Assembly: GCA_050246755.1 (NCBI GenBank)
Contig: JBFWVL010000001.1
Location: 1,120,001 to 1,184,000 of the forward strand
DNA from: Bacteriovoracia bacterium
GTDB lineage: Bacteria; Bdellovibrionota; UBA1018; CAIPTA01
Direction of reading: 5' to 3'
DNA: 64,000 bases
Position numbers and translations under genes: made by a program. Below, in pieces: positions 1 through 10,029 of this stretch; positions within the stretch are counted from its first letter, which is position 1, and each line of letters opens with the position of its first letter. A model generated the notes under the pieces. The model saw only the letters and a program-made list of their open reading frames with translations, was not told the origin of the DNA and ran no database searches.

Positions 1-214
1 TGGTCTCGTTCAGGTTCTGCTCTTTCGCCTTACCCAATTTTTTCAGCGGAAAATTTTTTCCGGCCAGCAGCCCCGCTAAGTTTTGGGTGATATGCCGGGC
101 CACGAAAGTCACTTCGTGGCCGCCCTCGCGAAGTTTCAACGCCAAGGTCAAGCAACGCATTAGGTGCCCGGTACCGATGAGCGCGGAAGCATCTGCGCGC
201 ACCAAAACCTTCAT
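1..214 (-). CDS. pseG: UDP-2,4-diacetamido-2,4,6-trideoxy-beta-L-altropyranose hydrolase, N-terminal part (runs off the window edge)
   Basis: Not in the ORF track. Manual translation from ATG 214 (ATGA overlap with pseC stop) gives MKVLVRADASALIGTGHLMRCLTLA, the PseG/SpsG N-terminal signature; follows pseB-pseC. Confidence 0.85.
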   Translation of the reverse strand, partial: MKVLVRADASALIGTGHLMRCLTLALKLREGGHEVTFVARHITQNLAGLLAGKNFPLKKLGKAKEQNLNET

Positions 215-1368
215 TGAGCAATTTCCAGGAGAGCCTGAATCACGTAATCCTGCTCTTTATCCGTAAGCGCCGGATACATCGGAATAGAAATGCAGCGGGA
301 ATAGAAACTCTCGGCTAGAGGGAAATCTCCTGGCTTCCAGCCGAGGCGTCGATAGTACGGTAGCGTATGCATCGGCACGTAATGCACTTGGGCATAGATG
401 CCCCTCTCGCGTAAATGCGCAAAAGTTTCGGCGCGATTATTTACCTGCACTACGTAGAGATGCCAGGCGTGCTCCCGCTTCGAGGGAACGTTCGGGGAGA
501 TCACTTTCGTATTACGAAATGCCTGTTCGTAGCGCTTGGCAATTGCCCGGCGGCGGGCAAGGCCCTGATCGGCGCGGGCGAGCTGAGTTACGCCGAGCGC
601 CGCCTGAAAATCGGTAAGCCGGTAATTATACCCGAGCTTTTGCATCTCGTAGTACCAGGGTCCCGGGCTTTCTTGCTCAAAAAGCGCGGGATTCTTGGTG
701 ATTCCGTGAGTACGCAGAAGAATAAGATCGTCGTAAACGGCCTTGCTTTTCACGGTGATCATTCCGCCCTCCCCGCAGGCAATATGCTTTACGGGATGAA
801 AAGAAAAAATAGCGGCATCGGCAAGCGACGAATCTCCGCAAAGGTGTTTTTTTCCGTCGATTTTTCCCGAGAAGCTAGCCCCGGGGGCGTGGCAAGCGTC
901 TTCGATAATCCACAGACCGAACTCATTCGCGAGCTCGCGGAACTCGGTCATATCCACCGCGAGGCCCGCGTAATCCACTGGCACGATACCGTGAAATGTT
1001 CCCTTGGGATGTGATTCTAGGAGGCGGCGCACGGCCTGGACGTCGAGCAGGAATGTTACTGGATCGATATCGGCGAAGGCTACATCACCCCCGCAGTAGC
1101 GCACGCAATTGCCGGAGGCCGCGAAGGTGATGGGGGTGGTGATCACTTTTTGGCCCGGCTTCACCTTCATGGCCATTGCCGCGAGATGCAAGGCCGCGGT
1201 TCCGTTGGAAACGGCTACGGCGTAAGGCGCCCCCACGTAGGCAGCAAATTTTTTCTCGAATTCTTCAATCTTGGGCCCCTGCGTGAGCCACTCACCCTTG
1301 AGCGCTTCCACCACAGCGGCCACATCTTCATCCGTGATGGTTTGTCGGCCGTATGGAATGGGATTCAT
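211..1368 (-). CDS. pseC: UDP-4-amino-4,6-dideoxy-N-acetyl-beta-L-altrosamine transaminase (DegT/DnrJ family)
   Basis: IPYGRQ start, WLTQGP, IIEDACHAPG, FSFHPVKHI (PLP lysine), adjacent to pseB. Confidence 0.92.
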   Translation of the reverse strand: MNPIPYGRQTITDEDVAAVVEALKGEWLTQGPKIEEFEKKFAAYVGAPYAVAVSNGTAALHLAAMAMKVKPGQKVITTPITFAASGNCVRYCGGDVAFADIDPVTFLLDVQAVRRLLESHPKGTFHGIVPVDYAGLAVDMTEFRELANEFGLWIIEDACHAPGASFSGKIDGKKHLCGDSSLADAAIFSFHPVKHIACGEGGMITVKSKAVYDDLILLRTHGITKNPALFEQESPGPWYYEMQKLGYNYRLTDFQAALGVTQLARADQGLARRRAIAKRYEQAFRNTKVISPNVPSKREHAWHLYVVQVNNRAETFAHLRERGIYAQVHYVPMHTLPYYRRLGWKPGDFPLAESFYSRCISIPMYPALTDKEQDYVIQALLEIAQ

Positions 1369-2390
1369 GCGCGCGCGTCTACCTGAAATTCCGGCATCAC
1401 GTGCCGACGAATTTGATCGCGAATCTGCTCCACCGTGAGGAAGGAATCATTGGAGCCCGAGCTATAACGGAAACCGGGGGCCACTGGCTTCGCTTTGAAG
1501 TGTTTATTGAAGTCGACCACTTCCCAGAGAGCCGAAGACGCAGGCTGGATCACGTAGTAGGCTCCGCAATCTACGGTATTATAAGAGTCCATTTCGGTGA
1601 TCATTTCCTCATGGAGCTTTTCTCCCGGACGGATACCTACCATTTCCTGCTTCGCCGTCGGCGCAATGGCCGTGGCCACGTCGAGAATGCGGTAGGATGG
1701 AATTTTGGGAACGAAAATTTCCCCGCCCCAAGAATTCTCGATCGCCTGAAGTACGAGCTCCACGCCATCGGCCAGAGAGATATTGAACCGGGTCATTTCC
1801 GGATGAGTAATCGGCAATTTCCCGTCTTTGCGACGCTCGAGGAAGAAGGGCACCACGGAGCCACGGCTGCCGATCACGTTGCCGTAACGAACCACCGACA
1901 TGCGCAGCTTCCGCTTGCCCACGAGATTATTCGACGCCACGAAAAGCTTGTCGGAGCAAAGTTTGGTGGCACCGTAGAGATTGATGGGAGCGGCGGCCTT
2001 ATCGGTGGAAAGAGCGATCACGCGCTCCACGCCAGTAGCCATCGCGGCCGCAATCACGTTCTCGGCGCCCATGATATTCGTCTTGATGCATTCCATCGGA
2101 TTGTATTCGGCGGCAGGAACCTGCTTAAGGGCAGCGGCATGAATCACGATATCCACTTCTTCGAAAGCGAGCTTCAGGCGGTCCTGATCGCGCACGTCAC
2201 CCAAGAAAAAACGAATCTGGGGATAGCGGCTCGTAGGAAAGCGTTGTGCCATCTCGTATTGCTTGAGTTCGTCGCGCGAAAACACGATGAGCTTTTTAAT
2301 TCCGGGAAAGCGCTCTAGCGCCATTTCCACAAACTTATTTCCGAAAGAGCCGGTACCGCCGGTAACGAGAATTGTTTTATTTTTCAGCAT
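1365..2390 (-). CDS. pseB: UDP-N-acetylglucosamine 4,6-dehydratase (inverting)
   Basis: TGGTGSFG, SRDELKQ, HAAALKQVPAAEYNP, STDKAAAPINLYGATK, RYGNVIGSRGSV, GIRPGEKLHE. Confidence 0.95.
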   Translation of the reverse strand: MLKNKTILVTGGTGSFGNKFVEMALERFPGIKKLIVFSRDELKQYEMAQRFPTSRYPQIRFFLGDVRDQDRLKLAFEEVDIVIHAAALKQVPAAEYNPMECIKTNIMGAENVIAAAMATGVERVIALSTDKAAAPINLYGATKLCSDKLFVASNNLVGKRKLRMSVVRYGNVIGSRGSVVPFFLERRKDGKLPITHPEMTRFNISLADGVELVLQAIENSWGGEIFVPKIPSYRILDVATAIAPTAKQEMVGIRPGEKLHEEMITEMDSYNTVDCGAYYVIQPASSALWEVVDFNKHFKAKPVAPGFRYSSGSNDSFLTVEQIRDQIRRHVMPEFQVDARA

Positions 2391-2499
2391 AATCTAGACT
2401 CTCTGCACTACATGAATAAGGTTGGGTTTCTATTCGGGTTTACACTAGATCTCCCACGCTTGCCAGGGCTCTCCAAATGGCAGAAAAGAACGCCTTGCG

Positions 2500-4263
2500 T
2501 CACCGGTTCGGGCCTAGCACCACGAAATACGAATTTTCCCAAAGCACTCGGTAGTTTGCGGCCCTGAGTATCTCGTCCACCTCTCCGGCCAAGTAGTTTT
2601 CTTTACCCGAGGTCCATTGGAATTTAATCTCGGGAGCTACCGGATTAAAGGTCCATACATCCCTCAACATAGAACGAGCCGAGGGGCTTACCCTTGGCAT
2701 AAGCTCTTTCTGGCGCACTATTAGACGGGGCAGCCTCCCTCCGATAGCCAATTCTTCCAAGCGATTTTTATGATTCTTCCACCGCGCTCCCGGGTATTCC
2801 ACCAGCCCGGGATCATGTAGAAGCGGCAGGGTTCGGGTGAGTAGGTAGATTCCGGCCACGGGATAATAGGTTGGTACTCCCGAATAGACGAAAAATTCGC
2901 TGCCTTTTTCCAATCCTAATTCTTTCAACTTCGTTACTAGTCCGCGCAAGCTTTCGGCTTTGTCCAGGTAGGTGCGGAGCCCGACGGCTCCCTCGAGCCC
3001 GAAAGAAGACGTCATCCGGTATATCGGGCGCTCCAGAAAAGGAAACGTCGGCCAGAGAAGGCGTGTCACGAGAAATAGCAGCACCACTGCGCCACCTAGC
3101 CAACGAGTAGATAAATCGCGCCTTCTCTCCGGCTGGATCAACAAAGCGAAGGGGATTATCAGCCATAATCCGTATTTGAACGTCTGTACTCCCTCTAGAA
3201 ATGTACCTAGAGTGAAGGCTGACAGAGCGCCGAACGCACCGAGAAAAAAGGCGATCTCCCAGCTTTCTAAGCTTTTTCTTCTTTCCCAAAAAACAAGACC
3301 GACGAGCAAGAAGCCACCGCCGATAATCATCGCCAGTACCGTGCCGTACTTCGCGCAGGCCAGCAGGCAGACCATGAAAAGAGCAAAGCAGAAAATCCAA
3401 TTTTTCCAGCGACCGATTTTCTCCATCGCGAAATAGAACGCCGCGAATATCGTGGCGCCGATGGCAATACGTATGTAATGCCCCACGGCCCGCTCCAGCA
3501 CCACGCCCTTGGAGTAACGATGGTTGGTGGCATCGGAAATGCCGGCCCAGAAGCTCTCTATTCCCGGCAAATAGTACTCCGCCTGCCCCATCCAGAGCAG
3601 GCAAGCAAAAGCGAACGCCGTTCCGGCTACAAGACCGGCGAGAAAAAAACCGACGCCGGTTAACGAACGGGGGATATCCTTCGCCCAAAAACCGGTAAGT
3701 AAAAAAATACCGGCGATGCAACCGCCAAGAGGAAGCACGGAAGGGAGACGCGCCTGAATAGCCAGCGCGGCAGCCATCCCGGAAATGACATAAAATATTT
3801 TTTCGTTTTCTTTAATCCCCGCCGCCAAAAAGGCAAAAGCCAAGGCTCCGATCGCAGGCGGGACCACGTAATAGGAAAGCACGAAATGATCGGCCGCACT
3901 GTTCACCGCCATCAGTCCTAGCAGCAAGGGTGTGAATAGCTTTCTTGCAGGAAACAGAACCAGGAAAGCCTCGTACAAGGCGAGCAAAATACCTACCTGA
4001 AAGAAAATCCAGCCGAAGCGCACCGCCACCAGAGGAGCGTCGGGTCCGATGATTTTCCACCAGACGGCGTCTACGAAACAGCTGAACCAAACCGGTACTT
4101 GCTCGAACCAGAGCGGAAGCTCTCCGGCGGGCATTTTAGGATGGAAGGCCATCAGCCACGAAGATAAAGAATGGTAAGACTGATCGCCGAGGTCGATATC
4201 GAAAAAAATCCATGGCAGCAGCAGAAAAAAGGCGGCTAAGGCCAAATGGAACCGTGCCTTCAA
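2500..4263 (-). CDS. Multi-pass membrane protein, possible GT-C-type glycosyltransferase
   Basis: 587 aa, many hydrophobic helices, acidic DIDLGDQ loop after the first helix, soluble C-terminal domain; inside the glycan locus. Confidence 0.5.
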   Translation of the reverse strand: MKARFHLALAAFFLLLPWIFFDIDLGDQSYHSLSSWLMAFHPKMPAGELPLWFEQVPVWFSCFVDAVWWKIIGPDAPLVAVRFGWIFFQVGILLALYEAFLVLFPARKLFTPLLLGLMAVNSAADHFVLSYYVVPPAIGALAFAFLAAGIKENEKIFYVISGMAAALAIQARLPSVLPLGGCIAGIFLLTGFWAKDIPRSLTGVGFFLAGLVAGTAFAFACLLWMGQAEYYLPGIESFWAGISDATNHRYSKGVVLERAVGHYIRIAIGATIFAAFYFAMEKIGRWKNWIFCFALFMVCLLACAKYGTVLAMIIGGGFLLVGLVFWERRKSLESWEIAFFLGAFGALSAFTLGTFLEGVQTFKYGLWLIIPFALLIQPERRRDLSTRWLGGAVVLLFLVTRLLWPTFPFLERPIYRMTSSFGLEGAVGLRTYLDKAESLRGLVTKLKELGLEKGSEFFVYSGVPTYYPVAGIYLLTRTLPLLHDPGLVEYPGARWKNHKNRLEELAIGGRLPRLIVRQKELMPRVSPSARSMLRDVWTFNPVAPEIKFQWTSGKENYLAGEVDEILRAANYRVLWENSYFVVLGPNR

Positions 4264-4264
4264 G

Positions 4265-5134
4265 CTATGCTCCCTTCATTTCTGCGAAAGCCTCAGACAA
4301 AACGCGGGGCCGCAGGCCGATCGCGGCGTAGGTTGCTTCGCCCACTAAAGAGCTATCGGGGGAAAGTAAAAGCTCCTCGAAGCGCCCACCGGCCAGGGAG
4401 GAACGAATTTGGGAAATGTCGAAATCGTTCGCCGCCGCAAATGCCTTAAACCATTCCAATCGGGAAACGGCTTCGCTTCCGCACAGGTGAAAGATACCAA
4501 AAAGATTCTTCGTTAAAATTCTTTCGATCATTCTACCGAGGTCGGGAAGGTAGGTAGGGGTATTGATCACGTCGGCGAACGCATCTACGCCTTTTCCGGA
4601 TCGCAGCTCTTTTTCCAGCCAGCCTAGCACCGGAGAATTCTTTCCGAATACCCCACTAGTCCTGCATATCGCCGCCGTTTCACTGGACGCCAGCGCGAAC
4701 TTTTCTCCGGAGAGTTTGGTTTTCCCGTACACCAATTTGGGATCCGGATCATCCGCCTCGCGGTACCCCCCTCGATCGCAGGGAAAAACGAGGTCAGTGG
4801 ACAGGTAGACGAACTTCGCGCCGGTCACCGCGGCCGCTTCCGCCACCCATTGCGTGGCAGTGCCATTAATTTTTTCCGCCGCCGCTGGGTTGGCTTCGCA
4901 CCAGCGGACATCTTTCATGCCAGCGCAGTGAATAACCGCGTCGGGACGGATTTCCTCCAAAAGAAGCCGCGCGGCGTCTGGGCCTTGAACGAGATCCACC
5001 GCGTGATAAAAACCAACAGGAAATCCTTCTGCCTTCCGGCCCGCACCCGAAACTTGCCAATCGCGGGCGAAATGCTCGGCGATTCCCCTACCCACGAAGC
5101 CAGTGGCGCCCGTAACCAGAACTCTTTTTTTCAT
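4265..5134 (-). CDS. RmlD-like NDP-4-keto-sugar reductase (extended SDR)
   Basis: VLVTGATGFVG, IHCAG..DVRWCE, YLSTDLVF, YGKTK, NTPTY; start moved to ATG 5134, which overlaps the upstream stop. Confidence 0.8.
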   Translation of the reverse strand: MKKRVLVTGATGFVGRGIAEHFARDWQVSGAGRKAEGFPVGFYHAVDLVQGPDAARLLLEEIRPDAVIHCAGMKDVRWCEANPAAAEKINGTATQWVAEAAAVTGAKFVYLSTDLVFPCDRGGYREADDPDPKLVYGKTKLSGEKFALASSETAAICRTSGVFGKNSPVLGWLEKELRSGKGVDAFADVINTPTYLPDLGRMIERILTKNLFGIFHLCGSEAVSRLEWFKAFAAANDFDISQIRSSLAGGRFEELLLSPDSSLVGEATYAAIGLRPRVLSEAFAEMKGA

Positions 5135-5859
5135 GGCAGCCATCGCTCCCGTAATAATAAGAGCGCCGTGTGCAGATAACGCCTGCCCATCGCGCTCAAA
5201 CGTAAATTGGATTCTCTTGGAGCGTCGGCTCTCCAAGTATTGGGCAATACGGCCACTTTATACCCTCGGAGAAACGCTTTTAGCGGCAACTCGATCGTAA
5301 TATTGAAATGTTCCGAAAAAATCGGGCCAAACCCGTCGATGGCCCGGCGGGAATAAAGCTTAGAGGCGTTCGTGAAGTCTCGGTACGGCAGGAAAAATAC
5401 CAGGCTCAGGAAATAATTGGCGAGACGATTCCAAATAAGCTTGGTACCCGAGTAACCTTCGATTTTTCCGCCAGCCGTAAACCGGTTTCCGAAAACGCAA
5501 TCGTAACCTTCCTGAAATTTCCGGAAAAAGCGCACCACGTCTTGCGGATCTTCCGATCCGTCCGACATTAAAATCATCACCGCGGGAGCTGAAAATTTTT
5601 CAAGGCCCAGCTTTACCGCGGAACCAAAGCCCCCCTCTGGCGGCAGACGCTCTATATATTGAATCTGCATTCCTTCACCGGCAAATTGCCTTAACATGGA
5701 GGCGGTTCCACCCTCGTCGGGAACCTTAACGTCGTTTACCACCACGAACTCGTGGGTGATTTTTTCTTGCCCCAGAAGATCATGTAAACGGCGAATCGTT
5801 TGCCAAAGCTCCCTGGTTTCACCCTTCGAAGGCAGAAAAAGAGAAAGTTCAGGCTTCAT
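5131..5859 (-). CDS. Family 2 glycosyltransferase (polyprenol-phosphate glycosyltransferase-like)
   Basis: VVVND, GFGSAVKLG, MSDGSEDP, VFGNRF, DFTNASKLY. Confidence 0.85.
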   Translation of the reverse strand: MKPELSLFLPSKGETRELWQTIRRLHDLLGQEKITHEFVVVNDVKVPDEGGTASMLRQFAGEGMQIQYIERLPPEGGFGSAVKLGLEKFSAPAVMILMSDGSEDPQDVVRFFRKFQEGYDCVFGNRFTAGGKIEGYSGTKLIWNRLANYFLSLVFFLPYRDFTNASKLYSRRAIDGFGPIFSEHFNITIELPLKAFLRGYKVAVLPNTWRADAPRESNLRLSAMGRRYLHTALLLLRERWLP

Positions 5860-7028
5860 GGTGCCAGCCTCACGCTCTGATATATTTCGCGAAGAAGGCG
5901 AAAGTTGGTTTCTGCGTTATAACGTTCGAGGTAACGCGATTCGGCCGCAGCTCCCATGGCACGAAGCCGCCCCGGATCCGCCAATATTTTCTCTAAAGCC
6001 TGTTGCAAAGAGCTTGAATCGCCGGGCGAGAAGAACTCTCCGGTTTTTCCTTCTTCTACGATCTCAGCCAATCCGCCGATGCGAGACACCAAAACGGGTT
6101 TGCCATGCGCCATGGCTTCGAGCAGAACGATGGGGAAATTTTCGTAACATTCCGATGGAAAAACGATCAGATCGGCCATGCTCTGTAGGCGGTATACTTC
6201 TTCCGTTCCTTGGCGGCCGTGCCAAATAATCTGTTTATCGGCGGCGATCGCAGCGCTCACCTCGGCCGCCAGCGGGCCGTCTCCCACAATATGCAGTTCA
6301 TAAGCCGTGCTTCCGGCCTTCGCCGCTAATAACGTGGCCAACCCCTTCTCCCCGCTTAGCCGGCCCACGAAGATTACCTTGGGTATTTTATTCTTCGTGA
6401 ATTCCGCCGAGGCCACGGGAGAAAATAGAAAATTGGGCTTCACCGTAAATTTTTCCGCCGGTAATCCGGCTTTTGCGTAACGGCTTTTCGAAAATTCGGT
6501 AAGCACCACAAACTTATCCACCATAGTATGCCAAGTGCGCCTACGGTGATGGGTAGCAATCATCCGTGCTAACGCCATCGAGCCCACGAGGGAGCCCTGG
6601 TAGCAGCGATAGCGAACGGCGTGCTTGGGTCCGTCGTCCACGCAAAGCTCGCAGGGCTTTCCATCGCGAAGAAGGAGCCCGTTCGCGCAGAGAATGCGAT
6701 AATTGTGCAATGTCATTACCGCAGGCACACGAGCCTCCCGGGCCGCTTCGAATACCGAAGGCGTAGCGAGCGGAAAGAAATTATGGACGTGCATCACGTC
6801 GGGCCGAAAACGCTGGATTGCGCCGGCCACGCGCCGTTTGGCCTTTTCCGAGTGGGGAAGCTCCCAGGCCGTGCGCGCCTTGCTGAGCAATCCTTCAAGC
6901 TCGGCGCTACGAAAGCGAACTTCCTCTACCTCTACACCATTCTCGCGGAGCAGGCGCGTTTCCGCCTCCACCACTTTCTCCTCGCCACCGAGCTCGCGAT
7001 ATTCGTTGTGAACAAGGAGAACTTTCAT
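5856..7028 (-). CDS. Family 4 glycosyltransferase
   Basis: GGEEKVV, HVHNFFP, FVGRLSGEKG, PSECYENFPIVLLEAMAHG (ExxxxxxxE). Confidence 0.9.
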   Translation of the reverse strand: MKVLLVHNEYRELGGEEKVVEAETRLLRENGVEVEEVRFRSAELEGLLSKARTAWELPHSEKAKRRVAGAIQRFRPDVMHVHNFFPLATPSVFEAAREARVPAVMTLHNYRILCANGLLLRDGKPCELCVDDGPKHAVRYRCYQGSLVGSMALARMIATHHRRRTWHTMVDKFVVLTEFSKSRYAKAGLPAEKFTVKPNFLFSPVASAEFTKNKIPKVIFVGRLSGEKGLATLLAAKAGSTAYELHIVGDGPLAAEVSAAIAADKQIIWHGRQGTEEVYRLQSMADLIVFPSECYENFPIVLLEAMAHGKPVLVSRIGGLAEIVEEGKTGEFFSPGDSSSLQQALEKILADPGRLRAMGAAAESRYLERYNAETNFRLLREIYQSVRLAP

Positions 7029-7031
7029 TTT

Positions 7032-7982
7032 TTAGCAGGTACGCTCTTTCATCCACCAGTCGATCGTGCGCCGCAGGCCTTCCTCGAATCCGATCTCCGA
7101 GCGAAAACCAAATCGTTCGATGGCGCGGGATACGTCTAGCTTTCTTCGCTCTTGGCCGTTTGGGCGGGAGGTATCCCACTGAATTTCACCGACGTAGCCA
7201 ACTTTGCGCCTAATGATCTTGGCAAGCTCGCCGATCGAAAACTCCTCGGCGCTCCCAAGATTTACCGGCTCCGAACTATTGAACTTCTCGCAGGCTAGCA
7301 CGATGCCGCGCGCAGCGTCCTCGACGTAGAGGAACTCACGGGTGGGCGTGCCGTCGCCCCAAAGGGTAACGAAGGGAGCGCCGCTCTCTTTGGCCTCCAC
7401 GAATTTCCGGATCAGCGCCGGAATCACATGCGAGTGCTCCGGATCGAAATTATCTTCGGGACCATACAAATTCACCGGCAAAAGAAAGACACCGTTCATT
7501 CCATACTGACGACGATAAGCGTCCATCATCACAAGCATGGATTTTTTGGCAATTCCGTAGGGGGCGTTGGTTACTTCCGGATAGCCGTTCCAGAGATTAT
7601 CTTCGTGAAACGGCACGGGAGTATGAGCTGGGTAGGCGCAAATGGTTCCCACCATCACCACCTTCTTTACGTTTGCACGGCGGCTTGCCTCAATCACGTT
7701 GAGACCCATGGCGGTATTGTCGTAAAAAAGCTCACCGGGATATTTTTGGTTAAATCCGATTCCACCCACGCGTGCAGCCAGATGAATCACGAGATCCGCG
7801 CCGCTCACCACCTTAACGGCCGCCGAGAAATCCCGTAGGTCATAGTCACGCGAGCGAGGTATAACTACGCGAGACTTATCCACTCCGCGCCGCTCTAGCT
7901 CTCTTTGCACGTGCACACCAAGAAATCCGGCACCGCCGGTAATCACGACGCGCTTAGCCTGAATAAGATTAAGCTCGCTCAA
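7032..7982 (-). CDS. fcl: GDP-L-fucose synthase
   Basis: [58 protein letters not shown]. Confidence 0.92.
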   Translation of the reverse strand: MSELNLIQAKRVVITGGAGFLGVHVQRELERRGVDKSRVVIPRSRDYDLRDFSAAVKVVSGADLVIHLAARVGGIGFNQKYPGELFYDNTAMGLNVIEASRRANVKKVVMVGTICAYPAHTPVPFHEDNLWNGYPEVTNAPYGIAKKSMLVMMDAYRRQYGMNGVFLLPVNLYGPEDNFDPEHSHVIPALIRKFVEAKESGAPFVTLWGDGTPTREFLYVEDAARGIVLACEKFNSSEPVNLGSAEEFSIGELAKIIRRKVGYVGEIQWDTSRPNGQERRKLDVSRAIERFGFRSEIGFEEGLRRTIDWWMKERTC

Positions 7983-9007
7983 GGCCGGAATCCCTTTGGG
8001 CTAGGCTCAAGGCCGAACTTTCGCACGTCGAGCCCTTCCATTTCGAGGTCGGCAACGAGCATGATGCGGGCGAGCTCCTTAAAACCAACTTTGGGCTCCC
8101 ATTTCAGCTTCTTCTTCGCCTTAGTAGCATCGCCAATCAAGAGATCTACTTCGGTAGGCCGCAGATACTGGGGATCGAGGCGTACGAAATCTTCCGGTTT
8201 TTTCCCCACCATGCCAAAGCATTCGTCCACGAACTCCTTTACAGAATGAGTTTCTCCGGTGGCCACCACGTAATCGTCGCCGGCGGGCTGCTGCAACATC
8301 AGCCACATTGCCTCCACGTAATCCTTGGCGTAACCCCAATCTCGTTTCGCATCGAGGTTGCCCAGGAATAAATGTTTTTCTTTTCCGGCGAGAATTTTCG
8401 CCACCGAGCGGGTGATCTTGCGGGTCACGAAGGTCTCCCCGCGGCGCGGGCTCTCGTGGTTGAAGAGAATTCCGTTCGAAGCGTGCATGTTATATGCTTC
8501 GCGGTAGTTTACGGCGATCCAGTAAGAATAAACTTTAGCGCATCCATACGGGCTACGCGGATAAAAAGGCGTGCTTTCCGACTGCGGCACCTGCTGCACG
8601 AGCCCGTACATTTCGGAGCTCGAGGCCTGGTAAAAACGCGTGTCGATGCCTGATTCGCGAATTGCGTCCAGCAAACGCAAAGTGCCAAGCCCAGTAACGT
8701 CGCCAGTATACTCGGGAATGTCGAAAGAAACCCGCACATGGCTTTGCGCGCCCAGGTGATAGATTTCAGATGGCTTAATCGTCTTCAGGAGACGGTTAAG
8801 GTTAGAGCCATCCGAGAGATCGCCGTAGTGGAGGAAAATTTTTGCGCCCGACTCATGGCGATCCCGGTAGAGATGATCGATTCGATCGGTATTGAAAGTG
8901 CTCGCCCGGCGGATAAGGCCATGGACTTCGTATCCCTTAGCCAGCAATAGCTCCGCCAAGTAGGACCCATCTTGGCCTGTAATTCCCGTAACGAATGCCT
9001 TTTTCAT
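7979..9007 (-). CDS. gmd: GDP-mannose 4,6-dehydratase
   Basis: [45 protein letters not shown]; start at MKKAFVT. Confidence 0.97.
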   Translation of the reverse strand: MKKAFVTGITGQDGSYLAELLLAKGYEVHGLIRRASTFNTDRIDHLYRDRHESGAKIFLHYGDLSDGSNLNRLLKTIKPSEIYHLGAQSHVRVSFDIPEYTGDVTGLGTLRLLDAIRESGIDTRFYQASSSEMYGLVQQVPQSESTPFYPRSPYGCAKVYSYWIAVNYREAYNMHASNGILFNHESPRRGETFVTRKITRSVAKILAGKEKHLFLGNLDAKRDWGYAKDYVEAMWLMLQQPAGDDYVVATGETHSVKEFVDECFGMVGKKPEDFVRLDPQYLRPTEVDLLIGDATKAKKKLKWEPKVGFKELARIMLVADLEMEGLDVRKFGLEPSPKGFRP

Positions 9008-9018
9008 TATTGCCTCTT

Positions 9019-10029
9019 TCATGAAAGGTGCCGCCGAAACCAAGGCGCCGATTTTTCGACTCCCTCTTCCAACGAAGTATTCGGAATTGCTCCCAGTACC
9101 CTGCGCGCCACATGCATATCAGCCACTGAGTGTCGTACATCACCGGCGCGAAAATCTCTATACTGGGGCATAGGTGCTTCTATTCCCAACCCCTTACTCA
9201 GGGCATGGAAAAGCTGGTTTAGAGACGTTTGCCGCCCCGCGGCCACGTTCAATACCCTCTCTGGATGAAGCCTCAGATCCGCGAGGGCGGCCCTGACATT
9301 AGCTAGCACCACGTCTCCGATGAAACAAAAATCCCGGCTGGTTTCTCCGTCTCCGAAAATCACGATAGGTTCCTTTTTTAGCAGGGCACGTATCCAAGTG
9401 GGAATCACGGCTCCATAGTCGCTCCCGGGATCTTGCCTAGGGCCATAAATATTGAAGTAACGCAGCCCTAGGGAAGATTGACCGGAAGCGTTCTCGAAGG
9501 TGACTGCGGATTTTTCATTTTCACGTTTCGAGGCCGCGTAGGGAGAAAGTGGGTTGCCGATTCTCTCTTCTAGAGCCGGAATCGCAGTTTCGCTTCCGTA
9601 AACGGCGGCCGAGGAGGCGTAAATCACCCTTCGCACCTGCGCCTTACGCGCGGCCTCGAGCACATTCTGAAAGCCCTGCACATTGATTCGCTGGGTGGCC
9701 TCAGGATCTTTGATTGAGAGCGGAACGGAAACAAAAGCCGCGTGATGCAAAACAAAATCCACCCGATCCGTCGCCTTGAGCAAGGATACAGAATTCTCGA
9801 TCGATTCCTCGATAAGCGTAAAATTATCCCACTGCGCGGAATTCAGCGACGCGCGAACCTCTTCAAGGTTCTGGCGCCGGCCCGTAGAGAAATTATCGAA
9901 CCCCACCACTTCTTGCCCGGCCGCCAGAAGCGCTTCGGTGAGATTGCTTCCGATAAATCCCGCTGCCCCCGTAACGAGCCAGCGAAATTTTTTCCCGGAA
10001 AGCAGGCTGCGGAGGTCGGCGGTCGGCAT
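9019..10029 (-). CDS. UDP-GlcNAc(A) 4-epimerase-like NAD-dependent epimerase (WbpP/TviC type)
   Basis: [50 protein letters not shown]. Confidence 0.85.
   Translation of the reverse strand: MPTADLRSLLSGKKFRWLVTGAAGFIGSNLTEALLAAGQEVVGFDNFSTGRRQNLEEVRASLNSAQWDNFTLIEESIENSVSLLKATDRVDFVLHHAAFVSVPLSIKDPEATQRINVQGFQNVLEAARKAQVRRVIYASSAAVYGSETAIPALEERIGNPLSPYAASKRENEKSAVTFENASGQSSLGLRYFNIYGPRQDPGSDYGAVIPTWIRALLKKEPIVIFGDGETSRDFCFIGDVVLANVRAALADLRLHPERVLNVAAGRQTSLNQLFHALSKGLGIEAPMPQYRDFRAGDVRHSVADMHVARRVLGAIPNTSLEEGVEKSAPWFRRHLS

Noticed and set aside
30-221. 63-aa ORF in the track
   Set aside because: Wrong frame; the overlapping frame from ATG 214 encodes the PseG N-terminus.
415-2318. Long + strand ORFs opposite pseC/pseB, and similar shadow ORFs across the window (e.g. 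11421-11972, 24074-24817, 28169-29044)
   Set aside because: Antisense shadows of well-supported genes, with no motifs of their own.
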